A DNA stretch of 64,000 nucleotides from Thermoanaerobaculia bacterium (lineage in GTDB: Bacteria; Acidobacteriota; Thermoanaerobaculia; UBA5066): NCBI GenBank assembly GCA_963816185.1, contig CAWFJJ010000001.1, positions 512,001 to 576,000 on the forward strand, written 5' to 3'. The notes beneath the pieces are model-generated. The model saw nothing but the letters and a program-made list of their open reading frames with translations, searched no databases and was not told where the DNA came from. The position numbers and the translations under genes were made by a program. Below are positions 29,692 through 43,759 of this stretch, one piece after another; position 1 is the stretch's first letter; each line of letters opens with the position of its first letter.

Positions 29692-30407
29692 GATCCGGCC
29701 GTGACGCGCAGGAAGATCTCCTCGAGCGACGCGTCCCCGCCCGCGTTTGCCCTGATCTCGTCGAGCGTGCCGAAGAGCACCGCCTTCCCGCGCGAGAGGA
29801 CGAGGACGCGGGAGCAGATCTCCTCGACGAGCGGCAGGAGGTGCGACGAGACGATGACGGAAGCTCCGGCCGCGGCCCGGCGCACGATCGTCTGTTTCAT
29901 CTTGCGGATGCCGCCGGGATCGATGCCGGTCAGCGGCTCGTCGAAGACGAGGACCTCGGGGTCGTGGAGGAGGCCGCAGGCCACGACGAGCTTCTGCTTC
30001 ATCCCCCGGGACAGCTCCGCGGGCAGCGCGCGCTCCTTGCCGGCCAGCTCCAGCTCGTCGAGAAGGGCGCGCGCGCGAGGTCCGGCGTCCGCCCCCACGC
30101 CGTACAGCCGCCCGGTGAAGGCGAGGTGGTCTTCCACCGTCAGGTACTCGAAAAGGCGCGGCTCGTCCGGCATGAACGCGAGGCGGCGCCGCGCCTCCAC
30201 CGGCTGCGCCGCAAGGTCGAATCCGGCGATCCTGATCGTGCCCGCGTTCGGCGGCAGGATCCCCGCGAGACACCGCAGCGTCGTCGTCTTGCCGGCGCCG
30301 TTCGGGCCCACGAGGCCCAGCACCTCGCCGCGCGCGACCCGGAAGCTCAGGCCGTCCACGGCCGTGAGGTTCTGATACGCCTTGACGAGCCCCTCGACTT
30401 CGATCAC
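29688..30407 (-). CDS. ABC transporter ATP-binding protein
   Basis: GPNGAGKTT, LSRGMKQK, VFDEP, H-loop SSHL. Confidence 0.95.
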   Translation of the reverse strand: MIEVEGLVKAYQNLTAVDGLSFRVARGEVLGLVGPNGAGKTTTLRCLAGILPPNAGTIRIAGFDLAAQPVEARRRLAFMPDEPRLFEYLTVEDHLAFTGRLYGVGADAGPRARALLDELELAGKERALPAELSRGMKQKLVVACGLLHDPEVLVFDEPLTGIDPGGIRKMKQTIVRRAAAGASVIVSSHLLPLVEEICSRVLVLSRGKAVLFGTLDEIRANAGGDASLEEIFLRVTAGS

Positions 30408-30468
30408 GTGGGGCGCAGTGTACGGAAAACGAGAACCGCGCTCGCGCTGACGCTACACTTCTCGGCGC

Positions 30469-31641
30469 ATGTCGCGCCTGACTCTCCAGACCGCCGGCGA
30501 GTCCCACGGTCCGCTCCTGACCGGTCTCGTCACCGGGCTGCCGGCCGGGCTGAGGATCGACGTCGCGGCGCTGAACGGAGACCTCGCGCGGCGGCAGCAC
30601 GGGTACGGCCGCGGCGGCCGCATGAAGATCGAGAAGGACGAGGCGCGGTTCACGGGCGGCCTGAGGGGCGGCGAGACGCTCGGGGGCCCGATCGCCTTCG
30701 AGATCGCGAACCGGGACCACGGCGTGTGGGAGGGCGTCATGGGGCCGGTCGAGATCGACGTGGAGGCTGCGGGAAAGAGGAAGCTCACGTCGCCACGTCC
30801 GGGCCACGCGGACCTCGCGGGCGGCCTGAAGTACGGCCGGCGCGACCTGCGCGATATTCTCGAGCGCGCGAGCGCGCGCGAATCCGCGGCGCGCGTGGCG
30901 GCCGGCGCGCTCTGCCGGCAACTCCTTTTCGTCTTCGGGATCCGTGTGAAGAGCGGCGTGCTTTCGATCGGCGACGTCGCGGTACCTGAGGGGCCGCGCG
31001 ACTTCGACGACCTCGACAAGGTCGACGAAACGTCGCCGTTCCGGCTCGTGGACCGGAGCGTCGAGGCGGCCATGAAGGACGCCGTCGACGCGGCCGCAAA
31101 GGCAGGCGACACGCTCGGCGGGACGATTCTCGTCGGCGCCCGCGGTGTGCCGGCGGGCCTCGGCTCCCACGTGTCGTGGGAGGAGAAGCTGGACGGCCGG
31201 ATCGCGCGCGCGCTGATGTCGATTCCCTCCGTGAAGGCCGTCTCCCTGGGCGAGGGCGTCGCGAACGCGTTCCGCCGCGGCTCCGCCGCGCACGACCCGA
31301 TCGCGTACGAGGCCGGGCGTGGATTCTCACGGACCTCGAACCGCGCCGGCGGCCTCGAAGGCGGCATCACGAACGGCGAGGACGTCCTCGCCAGGCTCTA
31401 CCAGAAGCCGATCTCCACGCTTCGCGACGGCCTTCCGTCGGTGGATATCGAGACCAAGAAGCCGCACCGGGCGCAGTTCGAGCGTTCGGACGTGACGGCC
31501 GTGCCCGCGTGCGGGGTCATCGGAGAAGCGATGCTCGCCTTCGTCCTCGCCGACGCCCTCCTCGAGAAGACGGGGGGGGATTCCATGGAAGAAGTGACGA
31601 GGAATTTCGAGGGTTTTACGAAAGCGCAGAAACAATACTGA
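30469..31641 (+). CDS. aroC: Chorismate synthase
   Basis: TAGESHG, PRPGHAD, ERASARE, GGLEGGITNG. Confidence 0.97.
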   Translation: MSRLTLQTAGESHGPLLTGLVTGLPAGLRIDVAALNGDLARRQHGYGRGGRMKIEKDEARFTGGLRGGETLGGPIAFEIANRDHGVWEGVMGPVEIDVEAAGKRKLTSPRPGHADLAGGLKYGRRDLRDILERASARESAARVAAGALCRQLLFVFGIRVKSGVLSIGDVAVPEGPRDFDDLDKVDETSPFRLVDRSVEAAMKDAVDAAAKAGDTLGGTILVGARGVPAGLGSHVSWEEKLDGRIARALMSIPSVKAVSLGEGVANAFRRGSAAHDPIAYEAGRGFSRTSNRAGGLEGGITNGEDVLARLYQKPISTLRDGLPSVDIETKKPHRAQFERSDVTAVPACGVIGEAMLAFVLADALLEKTGGDSMEEVTRNFEGFTKAQKQY

Positions 31642-31655
31642 ACATTTCGAAGAGA

Positions 31656-31720
31656 ATCTTCTTAGAAGGGTAAGAGGGCCAGCCCGTGGACTTCGACCTG
31701 GAATTTCCTTCTAAGAAATC
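31656..31720. repeat. Inverted pair of dispersed-motif copies at the aroC/aminotransferase junction
   Basis: ATCTTCTTAGAAG (31656-31668, -) and CTTCTAAGAAATC (31708-31720, +). Confidence 0.75.
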
Positions 31721-32825
31721 TTCCGTCCAGTTCAACCACGCCGCCGTCTGTCCGCTGCCCGCCCGCGCGGCCGCCGCACTGCTCGCGTACGCGCGCAACC
31801 TGACGGAGCGCGGAGGCCTCGACTGGCACGACTGGCCGAAGAAGGCCGACGAGGTTCGCGCCTTCGCGGCGCACCTCGTCGGCGCGGACGAGCGCGTCGG
31901 GGGAGCCGGCTCGATCTCGATCGTGCCGAACACCACGTGGGGCCTCGACATCGTGGCGCAGGGGCTCGACTTCTTGCCCGGCGACTCGGTCGTCACGACG
32001 GCCTCGGAGTTTCCCGCGAACCTCGCCCCGTGGGTCGCGCTGGAAAAGAGGGGCGTCTCGGTACGCCGCGTCCCGACGCAGGATGGCGCCTTTTCGGCCG
32101 ACGACGTGGCGGCTGCCTGCGACGAAACAACCCGGCTCGTGTCCGTCTCGCTCGTCGCATTTCACACGGGCTTCCGGGCGCCCGTCGAAAAGCTCGGGAC
32201 GTTCTGCAGATCCCGAGGCATCGTCTTCGGTCTCGACGCGATTCAGGCCGTGGGTGGACAGCGAGTGGACGTCGTGGACTGGCACGTGGACTTCCTCTCC
32301 GCGGACGGACACAAATGGATGCTCGGACCCGAAGGCTGCGGCATCCTCTTCACGACACCGGAGCTCAACGCCCGCCTCGCGCCTCCGCCCGGCTGGACGA
32401 ATCTCAAGCGCGCGCACGGCGCGGACTTCCGCGTGCCCGGGAAGCCCGAATACCTTACGGGCGGTTCCCGGTTCGAGCCGGGAGCGCTTCCGACGCCGGG
32501 CCTTTACGCGCTCGCGGCGTCGCTCGGGCTCCTTCTCGAGATCGGCCTTCCCGAGGTGGAGCGCCGGATCGCGAAGACGCTCGACGTTCTCATCGAAGGC
32601 CTCCCGCGCCTCGGCTTCACGCCGGTCCTCTTCGGCGGGCCGCCGCGCTCGGGCATCCTCGCGGCGCGCCCTCCGGCGGGGAAGGACGCGTACTACTACC
32701 AGAAGCGCGCGGCCGACCAGAACGTCGTGATCGCGGCGCGCGAGGGCTTCGTACGCTTCTCACCCCACGTCGGGAACGACGAGGAGGAGGCCGAGCGCGT
32801 CCTGGCGATGCTGAAGAGGCTTTAG
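31686..32825 (+). CDS. Class V PLP-dependent aminotransferase (cysteine desulfurase-like)
   Basis: FNHAA, EFPAN, DAIQ, DGHKWMLGPEG. Confidence 0.85.
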   Translation: MDFDLEFPSKKSSVQFNHAAVCPLPARAAAALLAYARNLTERGGLDWHDWPKKADEVRAFAAHLVGADERVGGAGSISIVPNTTWGLDIVAQGLDFLPGDSVVTTASEFPANLAPWVALEKRGVSVRRVPTQDGAFSADDVAAACDETTRLVSVSLVAFHTGFRAPVEKLGTFCRSRGIVFGLDAIQAVGGQRVDVVDWHVDFLSADGHKWMLGPEGCGILFTTPELNARLAPPPGWTNLKRAHGADFRVPGKPEYLTGGSRFEPGALPTPGLYALAASLGLLLEIGLPEVERRIAKTLDVLIEGLPRLGFTPVLFGGPPRSGILAARPPAGKDAYYYQKRAADQNVVIAAREGFVRFSPHVGNDEEEAERVLAMLKRL

Positions 32826-32826
32826 C

Positions 32827-34302
32827 GTGAGGCGGCCTTCCCCGGCGGGACTCGCCGCAGCGGCGCTCGGCGTGCTTTTCCTCTCCTACACCGTGATCCG
32901 TGCGGTTCGGCTGCCGCTCACCTGCGACGAAGCTTTCACGGGGAACCACTGGGTGGACCCGGGTCCGCTCGCGGCCCTGACGTTTGATGGTCCCGGGCCG
33001 GCGAACAACCACGTACTCAACACGCTCCTCTCGGGGGTGTGCCAGGCGGTCTTCGGGCGGGTCCCGCTCGCGCTGCGTCTTCCGAACCTGATCGCGCACG
33101 CGGTCTTCCTCGTCGCGTCCTGGCGTCTCCTGTCGCGCATCGCGGGAAAAGGCGTGGCCCTCGCCGGGTTTGTGCTCCTGAACGGCAACCCACTTCTTCT
33201 CGAGCTCTTCGGCCTCGCGCGCGGGTACGGGCTCGCGCTCGGGTTCGTGGCGCCCGCTTTCTTGTATGCCGTGCGCGCGTTCGAGGCCGAGGAGATCCCC
33301 TTGCGGGAAGAGGCCGCGTGCTACGCGCTGCTCGTCTGCGGCGTCCTCGCGCAACTCATCGTCCTCGACGTGTTCGTGGCCGTCGCCGTGATCTTCACCG
33401 CGTTCCGGCTCGTCCGACTCGCCCGGTCTCGGGCGGAGGGGCGGCTGGGTCGGGCCGCGCGGGAGAGCATCCCCGTCGTTGCAGCCTCGCTCTTTCTCCT
33501 CGCGACGGCTCTCCCGATCATCGTGCTCCTCCGGCGCTCCGGCGCGCTTGACTTCGGAGGAACCGTCGGGCTCTGGTACGACACGGTCGGTTCCGTCGTC
33601 CGGATCTCGATGCTCGGCCTCTCACCCTCGCTCGTTCGCACGACGCTCGCGGGGGTCGGGATCGGTCTCGTCGCGCTCGCGGCCCTCGCGGCGTACAGGC
33701 TCTTTCGGCCGGCGGTGGGCGGGCGTGTTTTCCTGGCGCTCGTTTCGATCCTGGTCATCCTGTGCGCGGCCGTCCAGGCCCAGCACGTCGTCTTCGGCGC
33801 GAGATTCCCCGAGAACCGGATCGCAATCGTCTTCCTGCCGCTTCTCATTTTCGCTCTTGCCGCCGCTTGCGGTACGGCACCGTCTCCGCTCGATCGCATT
33901 GCCGGATCGGCGTTCGGGGCCGCGGGCCTCCTGGCTCTCGCCTTGTTCGCGCGGCGCGCGAATCTGTGGCGCTCGGATCTCTGGTGGTTCGACATGGACA
34001 ACGTGCGCATGCTCGAGGATCTCGACCGGCTGCGGGTGAGCCGTCCCGGCGCGTTCCATACCGTGCGCCTTTCGGTCACCGATCCCCTGGAGCCGTCGCT
34101 CAACTGGTACCGGCGGACGGAAGAGTTCTCGTTCCTCGCGCCGATATCGCATGACGGTCCGTTCCGGGCCGCGGACTACACGTTCGTTTTCGGTCAGGAG
34201 GAGGCCGAGGCTGTCCGCCGTGGCTATCGCGTCCTGGCGCGGTACCCGCGAACGGGCAACGTCCTCCTCGAGCCTCCAGGCGTCCCGCCGTCAGCGCCCT
34301 GA
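32827..34302 (+). CDS. Polytopic membrane protein, probable GT-C glycosyltransferase (GT39-like)
   Basis: DEAFT loop, NNHVL, ALRLP, ARGY motifs; about 11 TM helices. Confidence 0.65.
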   Translation: MRRPSPAGLAAAALGVLFLSYTVIRAVRLPLTCDEAFTGNHWVDPGPLAALTFDGPGPANNHVLNTLLSGVCQAVFGRVPLALRLPNLIAHAVFLVASWRLLSRIAGKGVALAGFVLLNGNPLLLELFGLARGYGLALGFVAPAFLYAVRAFEAEEIPLREEAACYALLVCGVLAQLIVLDVFVAVAVIFTAFRLVRLARSRAEGRLGRAARESIPVVAASLFLLATALPIIVLLRRSGALDFGGTVGLWYDTVGSVVRISMLGLSPSLVRTTLAGVGIGLVALAALAAYRLFRPAVGGRVFLALVSILVILCAAVQAQHVVFGARFPENRIAIVFLPLLIFALAAACGTAPSPLDRIAGSAFGAAGLLALALFARRANLWRSDLWWFDMDNVRMLEDLDRLRVSRPGAFHTVRLSVTDPLEPSLNWYRRTEEFSFLAPISHDGPFRAADYTFVFGQEEAEAVRRGYRVLARYPRTGNVLLEPPGVPPSAP

Positions 34303-35280
34303 AACGGGCAGGGCGGGGAGGTCCGGCGGCGTCGGCCCGGGGCGGAACCCGGCCGCCCCGATCCAGTCCACGTCGAGGATGAAGATCCGGGGATCCCGCG
34401 GCACCCAGCGCCCGTTCGTGAAACGGTGCACCTCGTAATGCAGGCGGGGCGCCATGGCGAAACCTGTCGATCCCACGCGGCCGATCGGCGCTCCACGCGA
34501 CACGCGCTGGCCCTTTTTCACGAGGGAAACGGCGAGGTGGCCGTAGACCGTGCGGGTGCGAGCGTCGTGGGCGAGCACCACGATCGTCCCGAGACGCCGC
34601 CACGTCGCGTCTGCGTGCCGCGAGACGGGGCCCGCGTACGCGACGAGACCCGCCGCGGGTGCCGTGACGGTCGTCCCCGCGGGAGATGCGAGCGTCAGGC
34701 CCGCGCAGAACTCGTCTCCTCGCGTGACCTCGGACGCGTGCCAGCCGAAGAGCTCGATCGGCACCGATGAGGAAGGCTCCACGGGAGCCCGGGCAGGTAC
34801 ATTAAGCAGGTCGAAGCCGCCTGGAAGAGGCCCCGGCAGCGCCGCGAGACGGCGCCGGAACAGCTCGAAGATGCGGGCGCGCCGGGCGAGGTCCGCGGCC
34901 TCCGACTCCATCGCCGCCGGAGTTCGGGGAGCGGCCTGTCGCGGTTCCGCGGGAAATCCATCCGGCAACGAGACTTCGAGGATCGCCCCGACGCGCGCGA
35001 GAAACAGCTCGTCCGCCGCGAGGCGGCTGCTGAGGGCGAGAGCGCGCCGCCCGACGGAGGCGAACGACTCGGCGCCCCGTTGCGCCGTCTCACGAATCGC
35101 GCGCCGGTCTGCGGCGTTCACTGCGTCCGACGCGACATGAGGCGCGCCCGCGAGACCCACGACGACCGAGACTCCGCTTCCCAGGAGGAATCCCGCGAGC
35201 ACAGCGCCGCCGAACGGTCCGATCTCGAGGGAACGGCTCTTCTTTCCCGGATCGCCGGGATGGATGCGCAGCAGACTCAT
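34291..35280 (-). CDS. M23/LytM-family protein with degenerate Zn ligands
   Basis: GTTVTAPAAG.V, TVYGHL, V.KGQRV.RG..IG.VGSTG, LHYEV; N-terminal TM helix. Confidence 0.8.
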   Translation of the reverse strand: MSLLRIHPGDPGKKSRSLEIGPFGGAVLAGFLLGSGVSVVVGLAGAPHVASDAVNAADRRAIRETAQRGAESFASVGRRALALSSRLAADELFLARVGAILEVSLPDGFPAEPRQAAPRTPAAMESEAADLARRARIFELFRRRLAALPGPLPGGFDLLNVPARAPVEPSSSVPIELFGWHASEVTRGDEFCAGLTLASPAGTTVTAPAAGLVAYAGPVSRHADATWRRLGTIVVLAHDARTRTVYGHLAVSLVKKGQRVSRGAPIGRVGSTGFAMAPRLHYEVHRFTNGRWVPRDPRIFILDVDWIGAAGFRPGPTPPDLPALPVSGR

Positions 35281-37283
35281 GGTGCGGCCGGGAGCACGGT
35301 TGGGCCGGAGCCGATCTGGATGCCGAGGAGACGGGAATCGTTCCGCGACGGGGGTCGGAATGGACTCACGACGCGGATCCGAAGGACGCCGCGCGCTCCG
35401 GGCGAAACGGTGACCTCGAGTCTCTTCCATTCGCCCGCCGGAAGCGCCACGCTCCCGCGCGACGTATCGTCGAAAAAGACGTCGAGAGCCACGGGACGCC
35501 CGTCGGGCCGCGCGTTTCTGACCGGCAGCGCGAGGACGACGCGATCCCCCGGCGAGAGGGACGGCGCTTCGACGAGCCATGCCGCCGACTCGCCGGTCCA
35601 TCGGAAGGGCCGGCCGCCCGGATCTCGCTCGACGTCGTAGACGCCGGCGCTCGCGGAATTCCGGAAGGCGGCCTCCGCGGTTCGGGTCTCCCAGGCTCGA
35701 GCGACGGCCCCCCCGATCGAGCAGACGAGAGAGCCCGCCAGAACGACCGGCACGACGGCGACGAGGAATCGTGCCGTGTGGCCGTCCTCCCGGAGCGGCA
35801 GCCGGGCCGTGAGGAGCCCCACGAACGCCGCGATCTCGGCATAAACGAGATGCGAGCCGAACAGGAACACGACGCCGAGCCCGATCATCGATGCTGCGGC
35901 CGCAGCGCGTAAGACGGCCTCGTCGTCGTGGGAGTCGCCCTCGAGCGTGAGGGCCCGGCTCGTCGAGCGAATCACGCCGAGCATGAGGAGGGCGAGCAAC
36001 GACGCGCCGGCGAGGCCGGATTCCGCGAGCGTTCCAAGATAGAGAGAGGGCGGGTGGTCGCTCGTGCGCACGACGCGACCGAGGGCCTTCGAGGCGACAT
36101 CGGGAAACACGATTCGGAACGCGCCCAGGCCGATACCCGCGACCGGATGCTCCCGAAACGCCTCCCAGGCCCCCTCGTACAAGAGGAGGCGACCGCGGGT
36201 TTCCTCGAACGGAGTCGGCTGCGTTCGAAACGGCGCCTCGAGCCGGGCGAGGAGCGCGGAGCGGACGGCCCCGCGATTCGGCCACGAGAGCGCGGCAGCG
36301 AGGACGAGCGCCGAAAGGATGGCGAGAGCTCCGATCGTCCCGGCGACGCGCCGCCGGGCTCCTCCTCTTTCGCCCGCGGCGAGCCGTGTGAGCCCCCAGA
36401 GGACGAAGACGACGATCGCCGTGACGGTGCCGACGAGCCCCGCGCGGGAGCCCGCGTCGGCGAGGATCACGAAAAGCGCGGCCGCGGCCGCCGACGCGAA
36501 AAGTTTGCGCACGACGCCGCCCGTGGCCACGAGAGCGAGCAGCGGGACGACGAGGAGCGCGACGGCGACGCCCGCCGACGACGGATCGGTGAAGGTGCTC
36601 TGCGCCCGGTGCCATTCGGCCCACCGCTTGGAGCGCAGGAGCGGAAGCGCGCCGGTCTTCTGGAGCAAAGCCACTCCCCCGGCGAGGAGCGCGCTGACGA
36701 GCAAGGCGCGGTCCAGCACGGCGGAGCGTGCCTCGGCGACGAACCGTGCCGCAATCCGGTGCATGCCCGCCGCGACGAGAAGCGGGAGCAGGGCGCCGAG
36801 GATGCTCGGGAGAACCACGCTCGCGTCCTCGCCGAGAACGTTGACCGCGAAGGGCGGCCCGACACCGCGGGTGAGGAAGTAGCTCGTGCGGAGCGCTATG
36901 AAAGCGGCCGCTCCGGACACCGCCGAAACCGCCGCGAACGCCCGAAGAGGAAGGAGGAGCGGCGGTCGTCGGATCGGCGGGCGCGTGTCGTACAGGTCTT
37001 TCAGGCTCGCTCCGGCGAAGTAGCCGAAGAGGACGAGCGGCGTCGCGGCCAGAGGCTCGCTCGCACCGAATGCGAGAGCGGAGACGCCGCCGAGCGTCGC
37101 GGCCGCAAAGGCGAGCACGAACGCGGACTTCGGCGCCGCGAGCGCAACGCTGAAGAGAAGGAGCGCTGTCACGGCCACGACCGTGCGATAGCCCGGGAAG
37201 GGCGGCAGCAGGAGCGGGAAGGTGAACGCGAGAAGAGCCGCCCAGCCGAGACAGCTCAGGAGGGCGACCGCCGCGCGGTTCAT
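35277..37283 (-). CDS. O-antigen ligase (Wzy_C/WaaL) family membrane protein
   Basis: TFTDP, GSRAG, P..GIGLGAF, DHPPSLYL..LAE.GL. Confidence 0.8.
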   Translation of the reverse strand: MNRAAVALLSCLGWAALLAFTFPLLLPPFPGYRTVVAVTALLLFSVALAAPKSAFVLAFAAATLGGVSALAFGASEPLAATPLVLFGYFAGASLKDLYDTRPPIRRPPLLLPLRAFAAVSAVSGAAAFIALRTSYFLTRGVGPPFAVNVLGEDASVVLPSILGALLPLLVAAGMHRIAARFVAEARSAVLDRALLVSALLAGGVALLQKTGALPLLRSKRWAEWHRAQSTFTDPSSAGVAVALLVVPLLALVATGGVVRKLFASAAAAALFVILADAGSRAGLVGTVTAIVVFVLWGLTRLAAGERGGARRRVAGTIGALAILSALVLAAALSWPNRGAVRSALLARLEAPFRTQPTPFEETRGRLLLYEGAWEAFREHPVAGIGLGAFRIVFPDVASKALGRVVRTSDHPPSLYLGTLAESGLAGASLLALLMLGVIRSTSRALTLEGDSHDDEAVLRAAAAASMIGLGVVFLFGSHLVYAEIAAFVGLLTARLPLREDGHTARFLVAVVPVVLAGSLVCSIGGAVARAWETRTAEAAFRNSASAGVYDVERDPGGRPFRWTGESAAWLVEAPSLSPGDRVVLALPVRNARPDGRPVALDVFFDDTSRGSVALPAGEWKRLEVTVSPGARGVLRIRVVSPFRPPSRNDSRLLGIQIGSGPTVLPAAP

Positions 37284-39228
37284 CGCGGATCTCCCGTCGC
37301 GAGGCCCACGAGGAGACGGCGGACGTCGGAGCTGCCCGTCAGGTCGTGCGGGACGAACGTCGGGCGCCCGCTCAGGCGAAGCACCCGCGCACCCCGGGGG
37401 ACCGGCACGTCGAGAAGCCTGATGGATGCCCCGGGAAGCTCGACGGGCGCCTCGCTCCGCCCGTCGACATCAATCGCCAAGGTCACCGGAGCTCCGTCCG
37501 GGCGCGCGTTCTGGACGCGGAACGACACGGACGTCTCGCCCGGCAGGAGCTCCCGATAAACCCGCGGTCCGGTCCAGCGAAACGGGCTCGTCGAACGGCC
37601 GGACGAGTAGAGGCCGATCCAGCGCGCGAGCCGGAACGGCGCCGAGGGACGGGCGGTGGGAAGGACGGCGACGATTGCGCCCAGAATTCCCGCTGCCGCA
37701 AGAATGCCCGGGACGTGCGCCCCGCGACCTTCGGTCTCCTCGGTCGGCGGCTCGTACGCCCCCGGCTCGAAGAGGAATGCGGCGACGAGGCTCGTGAGAA
37801 TGCCGATCTCCGTGAAGCGCAGGTGCGAGCCGGTCTGGCACGCCAGGAGCAGGGCGAGAAGGGCGGCGCCGGCCCCGCGCGCCACGGGATCGAGCCGCGT
37901 CTTCGCGAAGGCGGCGTTCCAGGCGCGTGAGAGGAGCGGAACGACCGCGCAGACGGCGAGGACGAGCCCCGGCAGCCCGCATTCGGCGGCCACCTCGAGA
38001 AACGCGTTCGTCGCGCTGTCCGTCACGTGGATCTCGCCGTGGCGGCGCGCATACGCACCCGGGAACTCGTACGGGAACCCGGCGAGGCCGATTCCCGAGA
38101 GCGGCTCGTCCCACGTCATCTCGAGCGCGGTCCGCCAGAAGAGAGTGCGATGGTTCGCGAGGTCGGCGAAGCTCGACGCGGACAGGCCCGCGCCGAGGCG
38201 TTGCAGAAGGCCGCCCGCCGCGATGCCTTCGCCTTGCGGCAGGACGCGGAAGAGCGCCGCGCCGGCGAGGAGGAGGACTGCGAACGCCGCCGCGAGCGCC
38301 TTCGGGGAGACGAGACGCGCGCGCAAGAGCCCGACGGCCCCGGCGAGGATTCCCGCTCCTCCGAGGAGGAGGCCCGTGCGCGAGCCGGACGCTTCGAGCG
38401 CGAGGGGCGCGGCGGCGAGCGCGACCAGAGCGAGGACGCGCCGAACGGCGTCCGATGGGGAGCCGCGCCGAGCGACGGCCGCGAAAAGAAGAGGCGCGAG
38501 CAGTCCGATGCCGACGCCGAGGGCGTTCGGGTCCGTGAACGTCCCGGCGCGACGGTGCATGCCGGACCACGGATGGAAGGAGGGATCGAGAGGCGTGAAG
38601 CGGCTCACGGCGGCGAAGACGAAGGCAGCCGCCGCGCCCGCGGCGGTCGCGAGAAGGAGGCGGTTTCGGTCCTCGTGGGTCCGGGAAAAGCGCGTGAACA
38701 CTTCGAGCGCGAGAAGCAGGAGCCCGAGGCCGAGAAGCGTCAGGATCGCGTCGCGACTCCTCTCGCTCGCCGTCATGCCGAGCGCGTTCACGGGCAAGGG
38801 ATCGACCCGCCCGCGGAAAAGGAGATAGAGCGTCTCGCCGCGAGCGACGGAAGCAGCCGCGGAGAAGGCGGCGAGCACGAGAAAGGCGGCGGCGAACCTC
38901 AGGAGGCGGGGTGGGAGGAGCGAGCTCTCGCCGCGCGCGAAGGAGCCCGCGAGCGCGCTGCCGAGCACGGCGAACGCGAGCATGGTCAGGACGGGCGCCC
39001 CGGAGCGGTCGCCAAGAAGTCGCGCGAGTCCGGGTGCGAGGGGCGCCAGGAACGCCAGCGCCGAGGTCGCGATTCGGGGGCGGACGAGACCGAGCGCAAT
39101 TCCTGCTGCCGAAAGGCCGAGCGTGACGAAGCGCGTGAGAAACGGCGTCGAGGCCGGGAACGAGCTGAACGCGAGGGCCAAGAGGACGATCGTCGCGCCG
39201 AAGGCGAGAGCCCCGCGGCGCGCAGGAG

Positions 39229-39232
<4 letters not shown>
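37280..39232 (-). CDS. O-antigen ligase family membrane protein (paralog), probable CTG start
   Basis: [26 protein letters not shown]; GGAGGAGG 7 nt upstream of a CTG overlapping the carB stop. Confidence 0.75.
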
Positions 39233-42444
<3,212 letters not shown>

Positions 42445-42550
42445 CGGTCGGGGAGTTTACGGGAAGCGTACGCGAATTCGTCTGGCGCCGGAGCGGCGCA
42501 AGGAATAGAGTCTCGCGCGTATTGAAGGGCAAGAGAAGGAGATCCCGCGA

Positions 42551-43330
42551 ATGAGAAGAACACTTCGGAACGGCCTCGCCGTCTGTGTCGCAATCGTGGC
42601 TTTTCTCGCGTCTCCCGCGGCTCTCGCCGCCAAGAAGAAGACGCCGACTCCATCTTCCTCGGACTCTTCGACCGCATCGAAAGCGGATAAAACCGAAAAG
42701 GTCAACCTGAACACGGCAGACGAAAAGACGATCGCCGGAGCGAAGGGTGTCGGCGAGAAGCTCGCCCAGGAGCTCGTCAAGAACCGTCCGTACAAGACGT
42801 GGGAAGAGGTCTCGAAGGTCAAGGGCGTCGGCTCGGGCAAGAAGCTGGAATCGCTCAAGAAAGTCCTGAAGCTCTCCGAGGGCGTGGGAACGCCCGCGGC
42901 GAAGGAGGAGACGGCCGGGGAGACGAAGACGAAGGGGAAGAAATCGAAGATTTCTTCGAAGGGTGAGGAGACTCCTCCCGCTGCGAGCGGCCGCGGGGCC
43001 ACGGGTGGCGGCGCCAGCGCGGGTGGCGCGGCTGCAGGCGGCTCCACGGGCAACGGCAAGGCGACAGAGTCCGCCTCGCCCTCTTCACCTTCTAAGAAAT
43101 CTTCTTCGTCTTCCTCTTCGAAGCTCGCCCCCGGCACGAAAATCAACATCAATACCGCCACGAAGGAAGAGCTCGACGCGCTGCCGGAGATCGGTCCGGT
43201 GAAGGCGCAGGCCATCGTGGATTACCGCAGCGCGCACGGGGCTTTCGCCGCGCCCGAGGACATCATGAAAGTCTCGGGCATCAAGGAAGGCACGTACGCG
43301 AAGATCAAGGCCTACATCGTCGTAAAATAG
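42551..43330 (+). CDS. Exported ComEA-like DNA-binding protein with two HhH domains
   Basis: Signal peptide; KVNLNTA..GVG and KININTA..LPEIGPVKAQAIVDYR domains joined by a low-complexity linker. Confidence 0.85.
   Translation: MRRTLRNGLAVCVAIVAFLASPAALAAKKKTPTPSSSDSSTASKADKTEKVNLNTADEKTIAGAKGVGEKLAQELVKNRPYKTWEEVSKVKGVGSGKKLESLKKVLKLSEGVGTPAAKEETAGETKTKGKKSKISSKGEETPPAASGRGATGGGASAGGAAAGGSTGNGKATESASPSSPSKKSSSSSSSKLAPGTKININTATKEELDALPEIGPVKAQAIVDYRSAHGAFAAPEDIMKVSGIKEGTYAKIKAYIVVK
42949..43101. repeat. Inverted pair of dispersed-motif copies in the ComEA linker
   Basis: GATTTCTTCGAAG (42949-42961, -) and CTTCTAAGAAATC (43089-43101, +). Confidence 0.75.
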
Positions 43331-43339
43331 GACACCGTC

Positions 43340-43759
43340 ATGGGTCTCCTCGATGAGGTGATGAGTCAGTTCGGTGCCGCGAGCGGGCGCCCGATCGATC
43401 CGGGTCACCAGAGCCTCGCCCGGGAGCTTCTCGGCATGCTCGCCCCGACGGGCATGTCCGGAGGCCTGGCGAATCTCGTGAACATCTGCCACCAGAAAGG
43501 GCTCGGCGACGTCGTGAACTCCTGGATCTCGACGGGTCAGAACCTGCCGATCACGGCCGAGCAGGTCCAGAGCGTCCTCGGAAGCTCCGAGGTCCAGGCG
43601 CTCGCGACGCGCGCGGGAATCGACCCTCAGGCGGCGATGGCGGCGTGCGCGAAGATCCTCCCTCTCCTCGTCGACAAGGCCACGCCGGACGGCCGGATCC
43701 CGTCCACGGGAGACCTTCTCCGCACGATCTCGGGGTCCTTCAAGAGGAGCTCATCGTGA
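43340..43759 (+). CDS. YidB/DUF937 family protein
   Basis: MGLLD, GLGDVVNSWISTGQNLPI, LP.LVDKATPDG. Confidence 0.85.
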   Translation: MGLLDEVMSQFGAASGRPIDPGHQSLARELLGMLAPTGMSGGLANLVNICHQKGLGDVVNSWISTGQNLPITAEQVQSVLGSSEVQALATRAGIDPQAAMAACAKILPLLVDKATPDGRIPSTGDLLRTISGSFKRSSS

